From an uncultured Candidatus Actinomarina sp. (GTDB taxonomy: Bacteria; Actinomycetota; Acidimicrobiia; Actinomarinales; Actinomarinaceae): 64,000 bases of DNA. Shown here piece after piece: positions 38,439 to 47,617 of this stretch. Where the stretch lies: contig CACMQN010000007.1 in the NCBI GenBank assembly GCA_902615855.1, positions 3,525 to 67,524 of the forward strand, given 5' to 3'. How positions within the stretch are numbered: the first letter of the stretch is position 1; every line of letters begins with the position of its first letter. Below the pieces are notes generated by a model that ran no database searches, was not told the origin of the DNA, and was given only the letters and a program-made list of their open reading frames with translations. Position numbers and translations under genes: made by a program.

Positions 38439-39240
38439 TTAGATCATATATATGATTAACTTTTTCTTTAGTTATCGAGGATATAATTTTTGCGATTTCT
38501 CTTTTTGGAACCTTAAACTCAATCAACTTTTTCGTAAGATCTTCAATGTCTATATCAATAGTTTTTATCTTTTGTGATTTATCAATAACGATGGTTATCT
38601 CTCCTTTATATTCAGTGTCCGGAATATTTCTCAAAAGGGTCGAAGCAGTACCTCTATAAATTGTTTCAAATTTTTTAGTAAGCTCTCTGCATACTACTAT
38701 TTCATTTTCTATATTTTTATTAACAAATTCTTCAAGGTCTCTCTTTAATCTATTTGGAGAAGTAAAACATATTAGTGTCAATTGAGTTTCTTGAATATAA
38801 TTAAAAAATTGAGCTCTCTCTTTTCCCGATTTTGGAACAAAACCCAAGAACGTAAATTTTTCCGTATCAAAGCCTGACAAAGTCAAAGCAACTAAAACAC
38901 TCGATGGGCCAGGTATAGATACAATTTCAACTTTACTTTTGATTAATTCCTGAACAAGTGTGTTGCCAGGATCAGAGATGAGAGGCGTTCCAGCATCTGA
39001 GATCATTGCAATCGATTTGTCATCATCTAATAAATTAAGTATCTCATCAATTTTTTTTATTTCATTTCCTTTGAAATAAGAACGAATTTCTTTTTTTTGA
39101 TTCAAATGTGATAATAATTTTTTTGCTATACGTGTATCTTCAGCATAAATAATATCTACTTCAGATAAAACTTGTACCAATCTTGTTGATATGTCCTTTA
39201 AGTTTCCAATGGGAGTTGGACAAATGTAAAAAGTTCCCAT
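38425..39240 (-). CDS. rsmI: 16S rRNA (cytidine1402-2'-O)-methyltransferase
   Basis: 'TPIGNLKDIS', 'IYAEDTR' and 'SDAGTPLISDPG'. Confidence 0.92.
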   Translation of the reverse strand: MGTFYICPTPIGNLKDISTRLVQVLSEVDIIYAEDTRIAKKLLSHLNQKKEIRSYFKGNEIKKIDEILNLLDDDKSIAMISDAGTPLISDPGNTLVQELIKSKVEIVSIPGPSSVLVALTLSGFDTEKFTFLGFVPKSGKERAQFFNYIQETQLTLICFTSPNRLKRDLEEFVNKNIENEIVVCRELTKKFETIYRGTASTLLRNIPDTEYKGEITIVIDKSQKIKTIDIDIEDLTKKLIEFKVPKREIAKIISSITKEKVNHIYDLIKNL

Positions 39241-39241
39241 T

Positions 39242-40642
39242 TTAAAAACTTGTATTACATTGGTCAGAAGTGCACAGGCTGAGGAAGTCGATTAAAAACT
39301 CGAGATTATTTGACAAAGCAAGTCTTAAATATTTTCCGTCGTTATTAATCCAAAGATTAGTATCTCCTTCATAAAGGTTTCCATTCCAACTTTTACCGTC
39401 AGTTGCATTTTTTGTGAACCTTGACTGAAAATTAGCCCAGTTCATAAATGCTTCACCAATTTCATTCAATTCTTGTTCATTGTCCCCCTGAATTTTTACG
39501 GTCATGAATAGATCGTTTTTATCATTTATGTAGTCAACCCAAGAACCTCCTCCGAGTCCGATTGCCGCATTTACAGCGTCTACCTGGCCAATCTTAGATT
39601 GAAGTAAGTAAACTATATCTAATGAATCAAGTTGACCTTTGTCAATGAATGAATATTCCTCCAAATCAAGGGTTTCAATTTCAACATCTACATAAGGCTC
39701 TTTAGAGAAATACTTGTCAGGTGAATATATTTGTTCAGCAGTCGGTAGTTGAAATAGAGCTTCGTTTATAGCACCCATCTTTCCAGCTCTATGAACTTGC
39801 TTAATTAGACTCCCACCATATCCGTAATATAAATCAAAAGGAATATAGAAGTAACTTGGTAATGAAACTGAGCAGTTAAAACTTGGCCTTTCTGAGCTCA
39901 TTTGTTGTCTGTCATAAGAATCTAAAGTTGACTCCCAGTATGCTTGTACAAGGTCTGCTTGGCCTTCCATAATTGATCGTCTACCTGGATAATTCATAAA
40001 GTCATCACTATCTTTCATATCTTGATACCAATTTGATAAGTTGACTACTTGTCCCTGCAAGGAATGTACTAATTCATGAACAATAACTGATTGCTCCCAA
40101 AAGTTGAACTTTTTTTGGTTTCTCTTTATTGGAACTCTTAATGTTTCGTCTAATAAATTATAAGATCCTGCAGATGCACACCTCTGAAATTCAACAATCA
40201 ATTTTTTCATTTGATCTGGTGAAGATGTAGTTAGTCCCCACATATTTTCTGATAAAACAGCACGCTCCCATTCTCCTTCTTCATAATCTTTTTCAAAATC
40301 ATCTAAATAAGAAGCCTCACTGTAGTCTCTATATCCTTCTAGTGTGTAAAGTTGAAATTTTGGATATTGTGCGAATTTTAATTCTGTTCTTTTTTCGATA
40401 AAACTTATCAAATCATCTAATTGTTTTTTCATTTCTTCAGTTGGTTCAAGTATTTCTATTCCAAATTCATCAGTTGCAAATACTTCTTTTAACGTTGTAG
40501 TTGTTGTAGAAGTAGTTTGTGTTGAGGTTGTTGATGATGAAGTTGATTCTAATACAATTGTGTTATCTTCTTCCGATGAAGAACCAGATGCGCAGGAAGA
40601 TATTAAAGATATAACGATAAAATAATTCATGTATTTTCTCAT
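39242..40642 (-). CDS. Lipoprotein with a Thr/Ser-rich linker and an HExxH metallopeptidase-like motif
   Basis: Lipobox 'LISSC', 'SSSTTSTQTTSTTTTT' and 'VIVHELVHSLQ'. Confidence 0.6.
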   Translation of the reverse strand: MRKYMNYFIVISLISSCASGSSSEEDNTIVLESTSSSTTSTQTTSTTTTTLKEVFATDEFGIEILEPTEEMKKQLDDLISFIEKRTELKFAQYPKFQLYTLEGYRDYSEASYLDDFEKDYEEGEWERAVLSENMWGLTTSSPDQMKKLIVEFQRCASAGSYNLLDETLRVPIKRNQKKFNFWEQSVIVHELVHSLQGQVVNLSNWYQDMKDSDDFMNYPGRRSIMEGQADLVQAYWESTLDSYDRQQMSSERPSFNCSVSLPSYFYIPFDLYYGYGGSLIKQVHRAGKMGAINEALFQLPTAEQIYSPDKYFSKEPYVDVEIETLDLEEYSFIDKGQLDSLDIVYLLQSKIGQVDAVNAAIGLGGGSWVDYINDKNDLFMTVKIQGDNEQELNEIGEAFMNWANFQSRFTKNATDGKSWNGNLYEGDTNLWINNDGKYLRLALSNNLEFLIDFLSLCTSDQCNTSF

Positions 40643-40695
40643 AGGTTTTAAGAATAATTGTATTCTTAAATATTGAGAGAAATAAAGGAGGATTC

Positions 40696-41100
40696 ATGAT
40701 AAAAGAATTTAGAAATTTTATCAATCGAGGAAATGTAGTTGAGCTTGGGGTTGCATTTGTAATGGGTGCATCATTTAAATCATTAGTAGATGTTTTTACT
40801 AAAAAGTTAATAGAGCCATTAATTGGATTGATTATTAATCTTCCAAACCTGGACAATCTTGGACTTTTTGGTGATATAGATCCTAATTCTGGAATGCAAT
40901 CAGGTAGCTTTGGAGCATTTTTAGGTGAAGTAATCAACTATTTAATCATTGCATTTGTAATGTTTTTAGTCATTAAGGCATACAATCATTTTGAAGATAT
41001 GGTTGATGATGAAGATAATGAAGAGGTTGTTGCAGCAGAATCAAAAGAAGTAACACTTCTTAAAGAAATAAGAGATGGAATTAATAATTTACAAACTTAG
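40696..41100 (+). CDS. mscL: Large-conductance mechanosensitive channel
   Basis: 'EFRNFI.RGNVV.LGVAFV.G.AF' with a strong SD (AAAGGAGG) upstream. Confidence 0.95.
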   Translation: MIKEFRNFINRGNVVELGVAFVMGASFKSLVDVFTKKLIEPLIGLIINLPNLDNLGLFGDIDPNSGMQSGSFGAFLGEVINYLIIAFVMFLVIKAYNHFEDMVDDEDNEEVVAAESKEVTLLKEIRDGINNLQT

Positions 41101-41114
41101 TAAAGTAACTACGA

Positions 41115-42878
41115 ATGAAACAAAATAATCTCAGAGATTTATACAAATACGCACAACAAAATCAAACAAAAGTTAAAAGAGGAATCCTTTATTCAATTCT
41201 AAATAAATTGTTTGATCTTGCTCCTCCTGTTTTAATTGGTATAGCAATTGATATTGTTGTAGAGGGATCGGATTCTTTCATTGGTTCATTCGGGTTTGAA
41301 GACAGACGACAACAATTGATTATTCTTGCATTGATTACTTTTATAATTTGGGGTTTAGAATCAATTTTTGATTATGTAGCAGCAGTTACGTGGAGAAATA
41401 TTGCACAAGATCTTCAACATTCGCTACGTACTGAAACTTTTGAAAAAACATTAGATCTAGATTTATCTTTTTTTGAAAATAAATCTTCTGGACGACTAAT
41501 GGCAATATTGAATGATGATGTAAATCAAATGGAACAGTTTTTAAATGAAGCAGCAAATCGTTTAATTCAGACTGCAACAACCGTTATAGTCATTGGTGGA
41601 ACCTTTATTTATATCTCACCTTTAGTTGCAGTTTTTGCATTTATTCCAATTCCAGTGATAATTTTTGGATCATATAAATTTACACAAAGAATTGCTGAAA
41701 GGTATTCAAAAATACGAAGTAATGTTGAATCGCTGAATGCTCACCTTTCAAATTCCATAACAGGAGTCCTTACAGTAAAGAGTTTTAATAGAAAGGATAA
41801 AGAATATAAAAGAATTGATGAAGCATCGCATGAGGTAAAAACCGCAAATTATGAAGCAATAAAATTATCTGCTGCATTCATACCCATAATAAGAATTGCA
41901 ATATTATTTGGCTTTACTGCAACACTTCTTATCGGTGGATTTCTTGCTCTTGATGGGCAAATAAAAGTCGCTATGTACTCTGTAATGTTATTTATTACCC
42001 AAAGACTTTTATGGCCCTTGACCGAATTAGGAATGATTTTTGATGTTTATCAAAAAGCTATGGCATCATTCAGAAGGATTATTAATTTGAAAGAAACTAA
42101 ACCTCTAATTAGAGATGGAGATATCCCTTTTGAAGAACTCAAAGAAGGTATTAAATTTGAAAATCTTAATTTTGAATACGTCTCTAACTTCCCCGTATTA
42201 AAAGATGTAAATATTGAGATTACGAAAGGAAAAACAACAGCAATTGTTGGCAGTACAGGTTCTGGGAAATCCACACTAATTAAATTAATTCTAAGATTTT
42301 ATGAAAAAAATTCTGGAAAAATATTTTTTGATAACAATGAAATAGAATCATTAGTAATTGATAATCTTCGAAGCAAAATAGGACTTGTGAGCCAAGATGT
42401 ATTTTTGTTTGAAGGAACTGTTTTTGAAAATATAGCTTATGGAAATATAAATGCATCAACGCAGGACGTTTGGAATGCTGCCCGCTTATCTGAATCTGAT
42501 AAATTTATAAGTGAACTTCCCAATCAAGAAAATACTATTGTTGGTGAACGAGGGCAAAAGCTTTCGGGTGGGCAGAGACAAAGAATATCTATTGCGAGAG
42601 CAATATTGAAAAATCCTGAGATATTAATCCTTGATGAAGCAACATCAGCAGTTGATAATGAAACTGAAGCTGCAATTCAAGATTCTCTTGAAACATTGAA
42701 AGAAGGAAGAACTGTCATTGCTATAGCCCATAGACTTTCTACGATAAGAAATGCTGACTTAATTTATGTATTGGAGAGTGGTGAAATTGTAGAGCATGGT
42801 ACTCATGATGAACTACTAAATAACCAAGGTGTGTATGCAAAATTATGGGATGTTCAAACTGGAAAGATAAGAAGATAA
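41115..42878 (+). CDS. ABC exporter, fused permease/ATPase (MsbA/MdlB type)
   Basis: 6-TM N-terminal half, Walker A 'GSTGSGKST', 'LSGGQRQRISIAR' and 'ILILDEATSA'. Confidence 0.9.
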   Translation: MKQNNLRDLYKYAQQNQTKVKRGILYSILNKLFDLAPPVLIGIAIDIVVEGSDSFIGSFGFEDRRQQLIILALITFIIWGLESIFDYVAAVTWRNIAQDLQHSLRTETFEKTLDLDLSFFENKSSGRLMAILNDDVNQMEQFLNEAANRLIQTATTVIVIGGTFIYISPLVAVFAFIPIPVIIFGSYKFTQRIAERYSKIRSNVESLNAHLSNSITGVLTVKSFNRKDKEYKRIDEASHEVKTANYEAIKLSAAFIPIIRIAILFGFTATLLIGGFLALDGQIKVAMYSVMLFITQRLLWPLTELGMIFDVYQKAMASFRRIINLKETKPLIRDGDIPFEELKEGIKFENLNFEYVSNFPVLKDVNIEITKGKTTAIVGSTGSGKSTLIKLILRFYEKNSGKIFFDNNEIESLVIDNLRSKIGLVSQDVFLFEGTVFENIAYGNINASTQDVWNAARLSESDKFISELPNQENTIVGERGQKLSGGQRQRISIARAILKNPEILILDEATSAVDNETEAAIQDSLETLKEGRTVIAIAHRLSTIRNADLIYVLESGEIVEHGTHDELLNNQGVYAKLWDVQTGKIRR

Positions 42879-42879
42879 A

Positions 42880-44067
42880 TTAATTTAAGATTTTTGAGAC
42901 TATTGATTCTCCAATTGCTAAAGAAGCAGTTGCTGCAGGACTTGGTGAATTAAGTACATGTAAAGAATTTTCTCCTTCTTCAAAAAGAAAATCATCAACT
43001 AAATTCCCTTCTTTATCAACAGCTTGGGCTCTTACACCAGATGGAATTTGTTTAATATCTTTTAGGTCTACTCCATTAATTAATTTTTGAATCTCTTTTA
43101 CAAAGAGATTTTTGTTTAATGATCTATACATTTCGGAAATTCCAGTCTTGAAATATTTTTTTCCAAGCTTGAGCATTCCTGGGAAAGTTAGAACTTTAGT
43201 CAAATCAACAAAATTAATATCTGTCCATTTATAACCTTCTTTTGAAAAAGCTAATACTGCATTTGGTCCAGCTTCAATGTCACCATTTGCTGTTCTTGTT
43301 AAATGTATTCCAAGAAATGGAAGATCTGGATCAGCTAATGGATAAATCATATTATTTAATATTTTGTCTTTAGTGTTACTTATTTTGTAATATTCTCCCC
43401 TGAAAGGAATTATTTTTACGTTTGGTGACATATTGTCTAATTTTGCTATTTCATCTGAAAAGAGACCTGCACAATTAATCAAAAATTCACAGTTGTATGT
43501 ATATTTATTTCCCTTAATAGATTTCAAACCATTGTTATTTTCAATTTCTTTTATTTCTTCGATATATTTTATTTCTCCACCCATGTCTACAAAATCTTTT
43601 GCGTATGCCTGAACTACTTCTTTATAGTCAACAACCCCGGCCTGAGGAACAAAAAGCCCATTTAATATAACTGAGTTTGGTTCAATAGATAGAAGTTCAT
43701 CATTTTGAACAATTTTTACACCTTTCATTTCTAAATCAATACTTCTTTTATATAAATTCTCTAATTTAGAAATATCATTATCAACTACTATCTTTCCTTC
43801 TTGGCGAAAGTTAATATCTTTCTTTTGTAAATATTCAATAAGCAATTCTCTACCTCTCAAAGAAAGCACTGACTTACTTGAATTAGGCTTATAGTAAATA
43901 CCTGAATGGATGACTCCTGAATTACGTCCAGATTGATGGAGTCCTGGCTCTCTTTCTTTCTCGAGAACTACAACACTTACATTTTGTTTTTGTAAGTGAA
44001 GAGCTGTAGACAAACCAACGATTCCAGCTCCAATAATTGCATAATCATATGTATTATTCAAATTCAT
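42880..44067 (-). CDS. lhgO: FAD-dependent L-2-hydroxyglutarate oxidase-like dehydrogenase
   Basis: 'YDYAIIGAGIVGLSTA' and 'LEKE...HQSGRNSGVIHSGIYY'. Confidence 0.65.
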   Translation of the reverse strand: MNLNNTYDYAIIGAGIVGLSTALHLQKQNVSVVVLEKEREPGLHQSGRNSGVIHSGIYYKPNSSKSVLSLRGRELLIEYLQKKDINFRQEGKIVVDNDISKLENLYKRSIDLEMKGVKIVQNDELLSIEPNSVILNGLFVPQAGVVDYKEVVQAYAKDFVDMGGEIKYIEEIKEIENNNGLKSIKGNKYTYNCEFLINCAGLFSDEIAKLDNMSPNVKIIPFRGEYYKISNTKDKILNNMIYPLADPDLPFLGIHLTRTANGDIEAGPNAVLAFSKEGYKWTDINFVDLTKVLTFPGMLKLGKKYFKTGISEMYRSLNKNLFVKEIQKLINGVDLKDIKQIPSGVRAQAVDKEGNLVDDFLFEEGENSLHVLNSPSPAATASLAIGESIVSKILN

Positions 44068-44069
44068 TT

Positions 44070-44410
44070 TGGTGGAGGTGCGGGGAGTCGAACCCCGGTC
44101 CTTTTAAGCTACCCAACAGCTTCTCCGAGCGCATCTGATGAAATACTATTGAGAGAGTCACCAGAAACAAATTCTCAATAGTTTCTACCTTAAATCTTAG
44201 AAGTTAGCCGGTAATCTAACTTAGCATCCCACATTTCGACGCCGATACTGTCCGAGGTGGGAGCCCCGATAGTCGACGAGCAGCAATTAAGCTGCTACGG
44301 CCAATTTAGGTTTGGCAGTTATCTTTTTTTTCCTACGTTTTTAATGAGGCCCTAGGACCCTCAGCTCGCTACTGAGAGGCTCGCTTCAAAGTCGAAGCCA
44401 GTTCACCCCC
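44070..44410 (-). ncRNA. ssrA: tmRNA (ssrA)
   Basis: The 5' end is GGGGGTGAACTGGCTTCGAC. The 3' end is GGGGTTCGACTCCCCGCACCTCCACCA. The acceptor stem has a G3:U pair. The internal tag frame GCC AAA CCT AAA TTG GCC GTA GCA GCT TAA lies at 44287-44316. Confidence 0.92.
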
Positions 44411-44418
44411 ATATCACT

Positions 44419-44447
44419 ATTATGCCTTTACAATAGTTATTAGCCAA
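44419..44447 (-). promoter_or_regulatory. Candidate ssrA promoter: -35 TTGGCT, 17-nt spacer, -10 CATAAT, 8 nt before the tmRNA 5' end
   Basis: Read on the minus strand immediately upstream of the tmRNA 5' GGGGG. Confidence 0.4.
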
Positions 44448-44461
44448 TACTTATTTATTAT

Positions 44462-45109
44462 ATGAAAATTGATAAACAAACTTTTGATTTAGACGAAGAA
44501 TTAAGTATCTCATTAGATTTTGAGGATAATGATGGTTTAATATTTGTACCCAAAAATGTAAGTGTAGAGATAAAAATTGTAAACTATTTTGGAAAAATTG
44601 TTATTAATAATTTATCTATAAATCATGTTGAAGATGAACTCTCATTGTCAAAAGTTGGATTGGAGCAAAACCTTAATACTCTAGACCTTAAACTTCTCGA
44701 TAGATTTTTATTTAAACAATTAAGTGATAAAGCAACTTTTAATTATTCACCATTTGATTCCTTTTTGGAATATGATTTTTCTGTTTATGAAAAATCCAGA
44801 AGAGCAAGTGATCTTGATTGGTCTATGTTTGCATCCCTCTATATTTTTGCTTGTAATGTCATTCCCGAATCAATAAAAGTTGAGCTAACTCTTGCAAAAT
44901 ATTTAAGAGTTTCTGAAGAAGTTTTTAAAAGACTCATAAAAAAGATTCCAGACAAAATATTTAGAAAAACAGGACACCTTGAATCTAGAGGGGGTAATTT
45001 AACTTTCGATGCTGAAGAATTAATAAAGAAAAATCTTAACGACACTCAGGCAAAATTATTTGAAGAAAGTCCTTTTTTAAAATTTCACTCAGGTTCTGAT
45101 TTAGTCTGA
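44462..45109 (+). CDS. Hypothetical protein (215 aa, no recognised motif)
   Basis: Long ORF in an otherwise uncovered interval. No family assignment is possible by eye. Confidence 0.45.
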   Translation: MKIDKQTFDLDEELSISLDFEDNDGLIFVPKNVSVEIKIVNYFGKIVINNLSINHVEDELSLSKVGLEQNLNTLDLKLLDRFLFKQLSDKATFNYSPFDSFLEYDFSVYEKSRRASDLDWSMFASLYIFACNVIPESIKVELTLAKYLRVSEEVFKRLIKKIPDKIFRKTGHLESRGGNLTFDAEELIKKNLNDTQAKLFEESPFLKFHSGSDLV

Positions 45110-45528
45110 GCTCTGCTCACCATAGATATAACTTTATTAACATCAATTTCCCATATTTCTCTGGATGTGAATCCTGCTTCCTCCCAAGTGACATCTTTTG
45201 ATCTTCCATAGGGCTTACCTGAATACCTATTTGATAAATAATCTATATGGTCATTAGCGACTGAATCTTGAACTATTTTTTTCACATAACCTCTTATTTC
45301 CCAGCATGTATACATGTCAGTTGGATGGAATATAACAAGTGAAATATTTGGTTCCTTTCTAATGTTTTCTGTTTTTTTTCGTCCCTGTTCTGTATTTATA
45401 AGGATTTTGTTTTCTTTGTAGTCAACCCACATTAGATGGTTTTGAATTTCGTTTTCGTTAATTTTGGTAGCTAACGCACAAAAAGCATTGTTCTCTATCG
45501 CTTGTTTAAGTTCATGAGGAAGTTGCAT
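45085..45528 (-). CDS. Pyridoxamine 5'-phosphate oxidase (PPOX)-family flavin/F420-binding protein
   Basis: About 147 aa with the split-barrel pattern ('CALAT......P....MW......I.INT..GR.K..N...'). Confidence 0.5.
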   Translation of the reverse strand: MQLPHELKQAIENNAFCALATKINENEIQNHLMWVDYKENKILINTEQGRKKTENIRKEPNISLVIFHPTDMYTCWEIRGYVKKIVQDSVANDHIDYLSNRYSGKPYGRSKDVTWEEAGFTSREIWEIDVNKVISMVSRAQTKSEPE

Positions 45529-45558
45529 ACACCTTCATTTTAAGTAAAAATAATTAGT

Positions 45559-46131
45559 ATGGCATTTATTAAATTATTCAAATTTGAGGATTCAACCGGC
45601 CTTCTGAAAAAAGAATATGAGAAAGGACTTAGAAGAGCTGGAAGAATTTGGAATGTACTTACAATTCAATCACAAACCCCTGAGATCTTAAGAGATTCAA
45701 TGCGTCTATATAATTCAACAATGTTTGGAAACTTAGAAATATCTCGTTTCAATAGAGAACTTCTAGCAGTAGTTACTTCAATTTCAAATGAATGTGAATA
45801 CTGAATACGCGCACATTTATACGATCTCCGGTCGGAGACAAACGATCAAAAACTAATTGATGAAATTGCTAGTGATTGGAAATCAAGCAGATTAACAAAG
45901 GAACAAATTGCTTTATGCTTGTTTGCAGAAAAACTAACATTGACACCTGGAAAGATTACCGAAATAGATTACCAAGAATTGCAAAATAATAATTTTGACG
46001 ACAAAGCTATATCAGAGATAGTTCAGGTAATTTCATACTTTAACTATATAAACAGAGTTGCTGATGGACTTGGGCTAGAACCTGAAAAGTTTATTGACAA
46101 AAAAGGTTATAAAAAAAATCTTGATCATTAA
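45559..46131 (+). CDS. AhpD/carboxymuconolactone decarboxylase-family peroxidase-related protein with an in-frame UGA (candidate selenocysteine) at 45802-45804
   Basis: The two tracked ORFs (45559-45804, 45919-46131) share a frame, and the only stop between them is this TGA. Read through, the motif is 'SISNECEY-U-IRAH', matching family motif N-x-C-x-Y-C-x-x-x-H. Total length is about 190 aa, normal for the family. Confidence 0.65.
45825..45838 (+). promoter_or_regulatory. Candidate bacterial SECIS apical hairpin (TCTCC-GGTC-GGAGA), starting 20 nt after the UGA
   Basis: 5-bp stem and a GGUC loop in a locally GC-rich patch. The position fits the usual window downstream of a Sec UGA. Confidence 0.4.
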
Positions 46132-46156
46132 TTGACTTTCCCTAGAATTCTTATAA

Positions 46157-47146
46157 ATGAAAATTAATCCTACGTTCTCTTTATTTACAGGTTTAATTCT
46201 TTCTTTTACAGCATTTTATTTAGTATCTTCAAATATCCAATTTTCATATAACCAATTAGTTTCTTTAGATATTGTAGATGTTGAAGATGTTGAAGATGTT
46301 GAAGATGTTGTAAGTGAAGATGAAACAAAAATGAAATTAGATGATCCAAAACTTAACATGGATTCTCTAATTCATGAAGAACCAAATCTGAAAGAAATGG
46401 AAAAAGATATTGATCCTTTAACTATTGAGAAAGAAATTACTTCAGAAAATGAAATAAAAGAAATAAAAAGTAATTTACCTGAAAGTGATGGAGCAGAAAT
46501 AAATTCTACCTATTTTTCTATCTATAAAACAAACGAAGAAGTCATTGACAATAATGCTGTTCCTAATATAGATATGAAAAATGGTTGCTTAATGGAATAT
46601 TCCTTAAGTGATGAAAAATTATGGTATTCCCCAAATGAACAAGATAGCTACAACAGTAGATTCTATAACATTTCTATTCAAGTTGAATCAGGATTAAATT
46701 TAGATCCAGACTGCCTATCCAATATGATTTTGGGCATTTTAAACGACCAAAGGGGTTGGTCTACAATAGAAAATATAAATTTTCAATTAGTAAATTCAGA
46801 ATATGCAGATCTTAATGTTATTTTTGCAGAGCCGACAACAGTTGATGAACTGTGTTATCCGCTCCAAACTAATGGGATTTATTCTTGTAGAAATGAAAAA
46901 AATGTTGTAATAAATATGTTTAGGTGGTTATCTGGAGCAAAAGATTTTGGTACAGATCTAAGTACATATCGTATTTATTTAATCAACCATGAAGTTGGGC
47001 ACTATCTTGGATGGGGACATACAGATTGCCCATCTGAAAACGCTATTGCGCCTGTAATGATGCAACAATCAAAATCAACAAATAGTTGTATTCCCAATGG
47101 TTGGCCAATATATGAAAGAATTAAATTACTTTACAGCACGCCTTGA
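46157..47146 (+). CDS. Membrane-anchored DUF3152-like zinc-metallopeptidase-motif protein
   Basis: N-terminal TM, an acidic region with a (VED)n repeat, and a C-terminal 'LINHEVGHYLGWGH'. Confidence 0.6.
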   Translation: MKINPTFSLFTGLILSFTAFYLVSSNIQFSYNQLVSLDIVDVEDVEDVEDVVSEDETKMKLDDPKLNMDSLIHEEPNLKEMEKDIDPLTIEKEITSENEIKEIKSNLPESDGAEINSTYFSIYKTNEEVIDNNAVPNIDMKNGCLMEYSLSDEKLWYSPNEQDSYNSRFYNISIQVESGLNLDPDCLSNMILGILNDQRGWSTIENINFQLVNSEYADLNVIFAEPTTVDELCYPLQTNGIYSCRNEKNVVINMFRWLSGAKDFGTDLSTYRIYLINHEVGHYLGWGHTDCPSENAIAPVMMQQSKSTNSCIPNGWPIYERIKLLYSTP

Positions 47147-47617
47147 TTCTTCGGTGTTGATAATAGAAATGTTTGATTCAGAATTTAACATTTTAATATT
47201 TGGAACGACACCTCTACTTTGAATCCAGCAGATCGAACTTAAGACTATCATTACGCCTATCAACCCAATACTAAGGGGGTGATTAGATACTGTATTTTCT
47301 ATTCCTCCAAAAAAATTACTTATTGCTAATGATCCAATAAAAAAGCTATAAAACTTTAACAATATTTTTTGAGCGTATACTTCTTCTATATATCTTGCCC
47401 AAAGCGCCAGTAATGTTATTGATAAAGAGGTAATCCAGACTACTCTACTTGAATTGAACCAAGAAGCTGTTGATTGCACTGCATACTCTAATCTCAAGAT
47501 CCCTGCAATGGTATTTGGAGCTAAAGCTAAAATAACAGTAATTAATCCTGATATTGAGGCAATTACTACGTTTATAGACTTAAAGTTTAAAGAATTTATA
47601 TAAATGTTTTTTTCCAT
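47126..47617 (-). CDS. Hypothetical membrane protein (about 4 TM)
   Basis: Hydrophobic segments only; no motif. Confidence 0.45.
   Translation of the reverse strand: MEKNIYINSLNFKSINVVIASISGLITVILALAPNTIAGILRLEYAVQSTASWFNSSRVVWITSLSITLLALWARYIEEVYAQKILLKFYSFFIGSLAISNFFGGIENTVSNHPLSIGLIGVMIVLSSICWIQSRGVVPNIKMLNSESNISIINTEESRRAVK

Noticed and set aside
40563-40937. 124-aa minus-strand ORF spanning the lipoprotein 5' end and mscL
   Set aside because: It overlaps two well-supported genes (the mscL motif and the lipobox protein) and crosses their divergent promoter. It has no motifs.
45802-45804. Genome-wide UGA reassignment (Trp or Gly code)
   Set aside because: TGA terminates glmU (34317-34319). 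RF2 is encoded with its UGA-dependent frameshift site. No other gene in the window needs UGA read-through.
45559-46131. Reading the two AhpD-like ORFs as a broken pseudogene or two separate small genes
   Set aside because: Both are in one frame, and the single interrupting TGA falls exactly on the second Cys of the family's CxYC...H motif. The rest of the frame is clean and of normal family length, and a hairpin follows the TGA. A selenocysteine codon explains this better, though a pseudogene cannot be fully excluded without the genome.
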